From an uncultured Flavobacteriales bacterium (GTDB lineage Bacteria > Bacteroidota > Bacteroidia > Flavobacteriales_D > Sanyastnellaceae), in assembly GCA_943842425.1 (NCBI GenBank), contig CALTBR010000002.1:408970-472969 (forward strand): 64,000 nt of DNA, given 5' to 3'. The notes beneath the pieces are model-generated. The model ran no database searches. It worked only from the letters and a program-made list of their open reading frames with translations, and had not been told where the DNA came from. This document shows, piece by piece, positions 60,122-64,000 of the stretch (its first letter is position 1; each line of letters opens with the position of its first letter). A program made the translations under genes and the position numbers.

Positions 60122-61441
60122 TTAGTATCTGTACTCGTCAGACTTATAAGGACCGTCTACTGGTACTCCTATGTAATCCGCTTGTTGCTGAGATAAAACT
60201 TCTAGAACAACTCCAACTTTTTCAAGGTGAAGCCGCGCTACTTTCTCATCAAGGTTTTTAGGTAGTGTGTAAACTTTGTTCTCGTATTGATCGGCTCTCA
60301 ACCAAAGCTCCAATTGTGCAAGCACTTGGTTAGAGAATGAATTACTCATCACGAAACTGGGGTGCCCTGTAGCACAACCTAAGTTTACCAAACGACCCTC
60401 AGCAAGAACAATAAGGTCTTTTCCATTAATCGTATATTTATCAACCTGTGGCTTGATCTCATCCTTGGAATTTCCATGGTTTCCGTTGAGCCATGCCATA
60501 TCAATTTCATTGTCAAAGTGACCGATATTGCATACAATCGCCTTGTCCTTCAACGCCTCGAAGTGAGCGCCAGTAATAATATCCTTATTTCCAGTTGCAG
60601 TAACAATTATATCTGCTTCAGCACAAGCTTCAAGCATAGGCTTGACTTCGAAACCTTCCATTGCAGCTTGTAAAGCACAAATAGGGTCGATCTCACTTAT
60701 TATAACCCTGCAACCAGCGTTGCGAAGAGATTCAGCTGAACCTTTACCCACATCACCAAAGCCAGCAACAGCTGCAATTTTACCGGCCATCATAACATCA
60801 GTAGCTCTGCGGATAGCATCTACTAAAGACTCGCGACAACCATACTTGTTGTCGAACTTAGATTTAGTTACTGAGTCGTTAATATTGATGGCTGGCATAT
60901 GAAGTGTGCCGTTTTTTTGACGATCATGAAGTCTCAATACTCCAGTGGTAGTTTCCTCAGAAATACCTTTTATTCCTCCTGCTATTTCAGGGAATCTATC
61001 CAGTACCATGTTCGTTAGATCTCCTCCATCATCTAAGATTAAATTAAGGGGCTTGCGGTCTTCTCCAAAGTGAAGAGTTTGTTCTATACACCAATCAAAC
61101 TCCTCCTCAGTGAGTCCTTTCCAAGCATATACAGCAACACCCGTAGCAGCGATTGCGGCAGCAGCGTGATCCTGAGTAGAGAATATATTACATGAAGACC
61201 AAGTGACATCAGCACCCAACTCAACAAGAGTTTCGATAAGAACAGCTGTCTGAATGGTCATGTGTAAGCAACCCGCTATGCGAGCTCCACTGAGAGGCTT
61301 TGAAGGCCCAAATTCTTTACGAATAGCCATTAAACCTGGCATCTCAGCCTCAGCTAAACGTATTTCTTTTCTACCCCAATCAGCAAGGTTAATATCCTTC
61401 ACTTTATATGGAAGATAGGATGTATTAGTTGATAAATTCAT
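60122..61441 (-). CDS. ahcY: Adenosylhomocysteinase
   Basis: 439 aa. Has [49 protein letters not shown] and HFDNEID. Confidence 0.96.
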   Translation of the reverse strand: MNLSTNTSYLPYKVKDINLADWGRKEIRLAEAEMPGLMAIRKEFGPSKPLSGARIAGCLHMTIQTAVLIETLVELGADVTWSSCNIFSTQDHAAAAIAATGVAVYAWKGLTEEEFDWCIEQTLHFGEDRKPLNLILDDGGDLTNMVLDRFPEIAGGIKGISEETTTGVLRLHDRQKNGTLHMPAININDSVTKSKFDNKYGCRESLVDAIRRATDVMMAGKIAAVAGFGDVGKGSAESLRNAGCRVIISEIDPICALQAAMEGFEVKPMLEACAEADIIVTATGNKDIITGAHFEALKDKAIVCNIGHFDNEIDMAWLNGNHGNSKDEIKPQVDKYTINGKDLIVLAEGRLVNLGCATGHPSFVMSNSFSNQVLAQLELWLRADQYENKVYTLPKNLDEKVARLHLEKVGVVLEVLSQQQADYIGVPVDGPYKSDEYRY

Positions 61442-61445
61442 GGTA

Positions 61446-61453
61446 CAAATTTA
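61446..61453 (-). promoter_or_regulatory. Bacteroidota -7 promoter box abutting the ahcY start
   Basis: The minus strand reads TAAATTTG-tacc-ATG, so only 4 nt separate the box from the start codon. Confidence 0.35.
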
Positions 61454-61489
61454 CGAAACGAATTGCTATCTTGGACTTAACTTTACATT

Positions 61490-62098
61490 ATGGGAATAGT
61501 CCTAGCAACAAAGTATGTTAATGTTTTCGAAAAGACGAATGAAGATGTCCTTAAGCGTGTGAGCAAACACTATCCCAAGAGAGATACACGGGGGCTTTCG
61601 AAGAATAAAATTGCAGAGCACGAGGCTGTTATCAATTGTCTTCACGAGCTACTAGGAAGCAAAGATTGGTGGATTGAGCACGAGGAGAGTGGAAAACCTG
61701 TTCTATATATAAGTGGAGTTCGTGGAAATTTATCGATTTCAATAAGCCACGTAATTGATCAAGTGAACAATACTAAGAGTATAGCTCACGCAGCGGTAAT
61801 CTTACTTAGGGACACAACTCAAGAGAGTTCGAGGATAGGTGTTGATCTCGTCATTCAAGGTGACCCTAGATTAGAGCGCATAGCTGGTAGGGTGATGAGA
61901 AAAGAGGAAATAGAGGGGGGAAGATTGGAAGAGGTTTGGGCTTGTAAAGAAGCCATGTATAAAGCTTTCGGTCCAGGCCTTGACTTCGTGAAAGATTTAA
62001 AAGTGGACTTTCTATCAAAAGATTTAATAAGTGGAATGGGGAGGAAATGGGAAGTGATACGAAAGGGAAACACAGTGGTGGTGCTGGGGCCAGTGTAA
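61490..62098 (+). CDS. 4'-phosphopantetheinyl transferase superfamily protein
   Basis: 202 aa. Has IGVDLV and WACKEAMYKAFG (W/F-x-x-KEA-x-x-K). Confidence 0.75.
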   Translation: MGIVLATKYVNVFEKTNEDVLKRVSKHYPKRDTRGLSKNKIAEHEAVINCLHELLGSKDWWIEHEESGKPVLYISGVRGNLSISISHVIDQVNNTKSIAHAAVILLRDTTQESSRIGVDLVIQGDPRLERIAGRVMRKEEIEGGRLEEVWACKEAMYKAFGPGLDFVKDLKVDFLSKDLISGMGRKWEVIRKGNTVVVLGPV

Positions 62099-62108
62099 AC
62101 GCTTAACG

Positions 62109-62140
62109 CAACAAGGGAACCCCATGTGGTTCCCTTGTTG
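62109..62140. terminator. Perfect 13-bp hairpin between the convergent PPTase and rpmH genes (candidate bidirectional terminator)
   Basis: CAACAAGGGAACC-ccatgt-GGTTCCCTTGTTG. There is no strong U-tract on either side. Confidence 0.55.
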
Positions 62141-62183
62141 TAATAAGCTGTTTTAGAACTACTCTAGCTCTGGATAGAATGTT

Positions 62184-62354
62184 CTATCTCTGGATACCTT
62201 TGTGACGACGCTCAGTAGAAACACTAAGTTTCATGCGGCCTTTTCGTCGACGGGCGTTTAAAACATTACGACCGCTAGCAGACGCCATACGTTTACGAAA
62301 ACCGTGCTTGTTGCGGCGCTTTCGAACTGAAGGTTGAAATGTTCTTTTTGGCAT
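62184..62354 (-). CDS. rpmH: 50S ribosomal protein L34
   Basis: My own translation of the minus strand is [56 protein letters not shown]. It is below the ORF-track size cutoff. Confidence 0.93.
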   Translation of the reverse strand: MPKRTFQPSVRKRRNKHGFRKRMASASGRNVLNARRRKGRMKLSVSTERRHKGIQR

Positions 62355-62385
62355 GATTTCTATTTTTCCCTTTTATAGAGGAGGG

Positions 62386-62393
62386 CAAAGATA
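62386..62393 (-). promoter_or_regulatory. Bacteroidota -7 promoter box upstream of rpmH
   Basis: The minus strand reads TATCTTTG, 31 nt upstream of the rpmH ATG. Confidence 0.45.
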
Positions 62394-62445
62394 GTGAACT
62401 CTTTCTTTACTCACAACCCCTTTTTAGTTGCTAAATTCGCACTAT

Positions 62446-64000
62446 ATGAAGAGCCAAACTACAACGACTACCGAAAAGAAGAAGAAGAAGCGACTTAAAA
62501 TATCGGATCTGCGTGGTTTTGCACAGATGGCACCCTATTTAAAACCACACAGACTAGGTTTTGCGTTGGGGATTGTATTAATCACGATTTCCAGTATTCT
62601 TACACTTTTTGTAACGAGATTATGGGGACAGCTAGGTGGAGTAGGTATCATGGGAGGAAATGAAAACATTTCCGCAAGTGACCTTGAAACAGGATTCTTA
62701 GCAAACTTCAACTTTAACAACCTAGAGGCAATCGGAGTGACAATTGCAATCGTCCTTGTTGTACAGGCTTCTCTAAGTTTTATACGCGTTTATCTTTTTG
62801 CGAATATGACTGAAAAAATGATGCTCACAATGCGACGCGATGCCTTCGAAGCTGTGATAAGTATGCCCATGAACTTCTATCACGACAAGCGAGTTGGTGA
62901 TGTTAACAGTCGTATTTCTGCAGATATAGCATCAATTCAAGACACTTTCACTACAACTTTAGCAGAGCTGATACGCCAAACAATCATGCTCGTAGGTGGC
63001 ATTGCCGCACTCGCTTATTTTTCAGTCGATTTAACCTTAATGATGCTTATGACTCTCCCTGTAGTGGTTCTTGTCGCAATCGTATTTGGGAAATTTATCA
63101 AGCGCTTGTCTAAAGAAACGCAAGATGAAATTGCCTCGTCAAATGTCATCGTTCAAGAAGTGCTAACCGGCATCATTAACGTGAAGGCTTTTGCAAATGA
63201 GTGGTACGAACGAAATCGATATGCAAATAGTATCAGAACAGTTAGAAATCTTGCGATGAAAGGTGCTATAGGGCGCGGAGCTTTCGCAAGCTTCATCATT
63301 CTATTTATTTTCGGAGCCATCACGCTCGTGATTTTTAAGGGTGCGGCGCTTATGCAATCCGGTGAGTTGGCTTCGGAGCATTTTTTTACGTTCCTTTTGA
63401 TGACGGGTCTTGTTGCTGGAAGTGTTGGTGGGCTTGCGAATCTATTCGGGATAGTCCAAAAAGGCTTAGGTGCTGTTGAATCTCTTATGGATCTACTCAA
63501 TGAAAAACGTGAGATAAGAAGTATTACTAAAGAAGTCAAATCATACGATTTACGAAAGCCTTTAAAGTTTGAGAATGTCCATTTTCATTATAACTCACGT
63601 AAAGAACTCGCCATACTTTCAAATCTCTCGCTTGAGATGAAAGCCGGAGAACAAATCGCTCTTGTTGGACCAAGTGGAGCTGGTAAGTCAACGATTGCTT
63701 CCCTCCTTCTTCGATTTGAATCTCCCGTATCAGGATCGATTACAATTGACGGAGAGGATGTCAGCGAAATGGATCTCCGCGGATTTCGAAAAAGAATAGG
63801 GTACGTACCACAAGAAGTAATCCTTTTCGGAGACGATATCAGATCTAACATTGCATATGGAAAACTAGATGCCACAGACTCAGAAATTCACGATGCAGCA
63901 AAACGAGCTAACGCCATAGATTTTATCGAATCCTTTCCAGAAGGCTTCAGCACAATTGTTGGTGAGCGTGGAATCCAACTATCAGGTGGGCAAAGACAAC
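62446..64000 (+). CDS. ABC transporter, fused permease/ATP-binding exporter (MsbA-like). The 3' end lies off-window.
   Basis: The ORF is open from the ATG at 62446 to the window edge and is missing from the track because it has no stop. My translation gives MKSQTTTTTEKKKKKRLKISDL..., six TM-type segments, Walker A GPSGAGKST, and the signature LSGGQRQ at the very end. Confidence 0.9.
   Translation, partial: MKSQTTTTTEKKKKKRLKISDLRGFAQMAPYLKPHRLGFALGIVLITISSILTLFVTRLWGQLGGVGIMGGNENISASDLETGFLANFNFNNLEAIGVTIAIVLVVQASLSFIRVYLFANMTEKMMLTMRRDAFEAVISMPMNFYHDKRVGDVNSRISADIASIQDTFTTTLAELIRQTIMLVGGIAALAYFSVDLTLMMLMTLPVVVLVAIVFGKFIKRLSKETQDEIASSNVIVQEVLTGIINVKAFANEWYERNRYANSIRTVRNLAMKGAIGRGAFASFIILFIFGAITLVIFKGAALMQSGELASEHFFTFLLMTGLVAGSVGGLANLFGIVQKGLGAVESLMDLLNEKREIRSITKEVKSYDLRKPLKFENVHFHYNSRKELAILSNLSLEMKAGEQIALVGPSGAGKSTIASLLLRFESPVSGSITIDGEDVSEMDLRGFRKRIGYVPQEVILFGDDIRSNIAYGKLDATDSEIHDAAKRANAIDFIESFPEGFSTIVGERGIQLSGGQRQ

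Noticed and set aside
63153-63875. Two minus-strand ORFs (128 aa and 95 aa) near the window end
   Set aside because: They are antisense to the plus-strand MsbA-like exporter, which is not in the track and carries Walker A (GPSGAGKST) and LSGGQ motifs.
1-64000. A scan for CRISPR arrays, IS elements or transposases, integrases, phage genes, toxin-antitoxin or known defence genes, rRNA and tRNA
   Set aside because: None was found. All sizeable ORFs are accounted for by housekeeping or envelope genes, and the only direct repeat is the 13-bp tandem at 15644-15689.

Overview
This window looks like a Bacteroidota (Flavobacteriia-like) chromosomal segment. It is AT-rich by eye and densely packed, and most of it is core metabolism. 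The lineage call rests on T9SS C-terminal sorting domains, TAnnTTTG (-7) promoter boxes upstream of operon-first genes, and very short or absent leaders. I support about 58 genes. In order they are: guaB; a SurA/PpiC chaperone trio plus MoxR; wecB; fahA; relA/spoT-fur-purA; glyA; a nucleoside-catabolism operon (PNP-deoC-ALDH-deoA-deoB); greA; HIT; yidD; hupE; folA-thyA; mscS; purK; ddl; ruvC; GT2; fcl; ctaB plus cytochrome oxidase accessory genes (two coxIII, coxIV, SCO, DUF420); TolC plus adaptor; tsaB; ahcY; a PPTase; rpmH (missed by the ORF track); and a partial MsbA-like ABC exporter that is also absent from the track. I saw no rRNA, tRNA, CRISPR array, IS element or prophage. The best candidate for an undescribed system is a tightly coupled three-gene outer-membrane operon at 26644-35568. 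It encodes a 1229-aa TonB-dependent-receptor-like barrel, a 1398-aa T9SS type-A cargo protein with no domain I can name, and a PorV/PorQ-like barrel, and it has its own terminator. Other points worth a second look are a 49-codon ORF that looks like a cysC'-'cysN deletion scar, an ALDH with a truncated second ALDH module inside the deo operon, a double SCO protein, a His-rich insertion in CoxIII, a degenerate Rieske-like lipoprotein, and a 13-bp tandem repeat spanning two convergent stop codons. All family assignments come from motif recognition by eye and recall. No searches were run.
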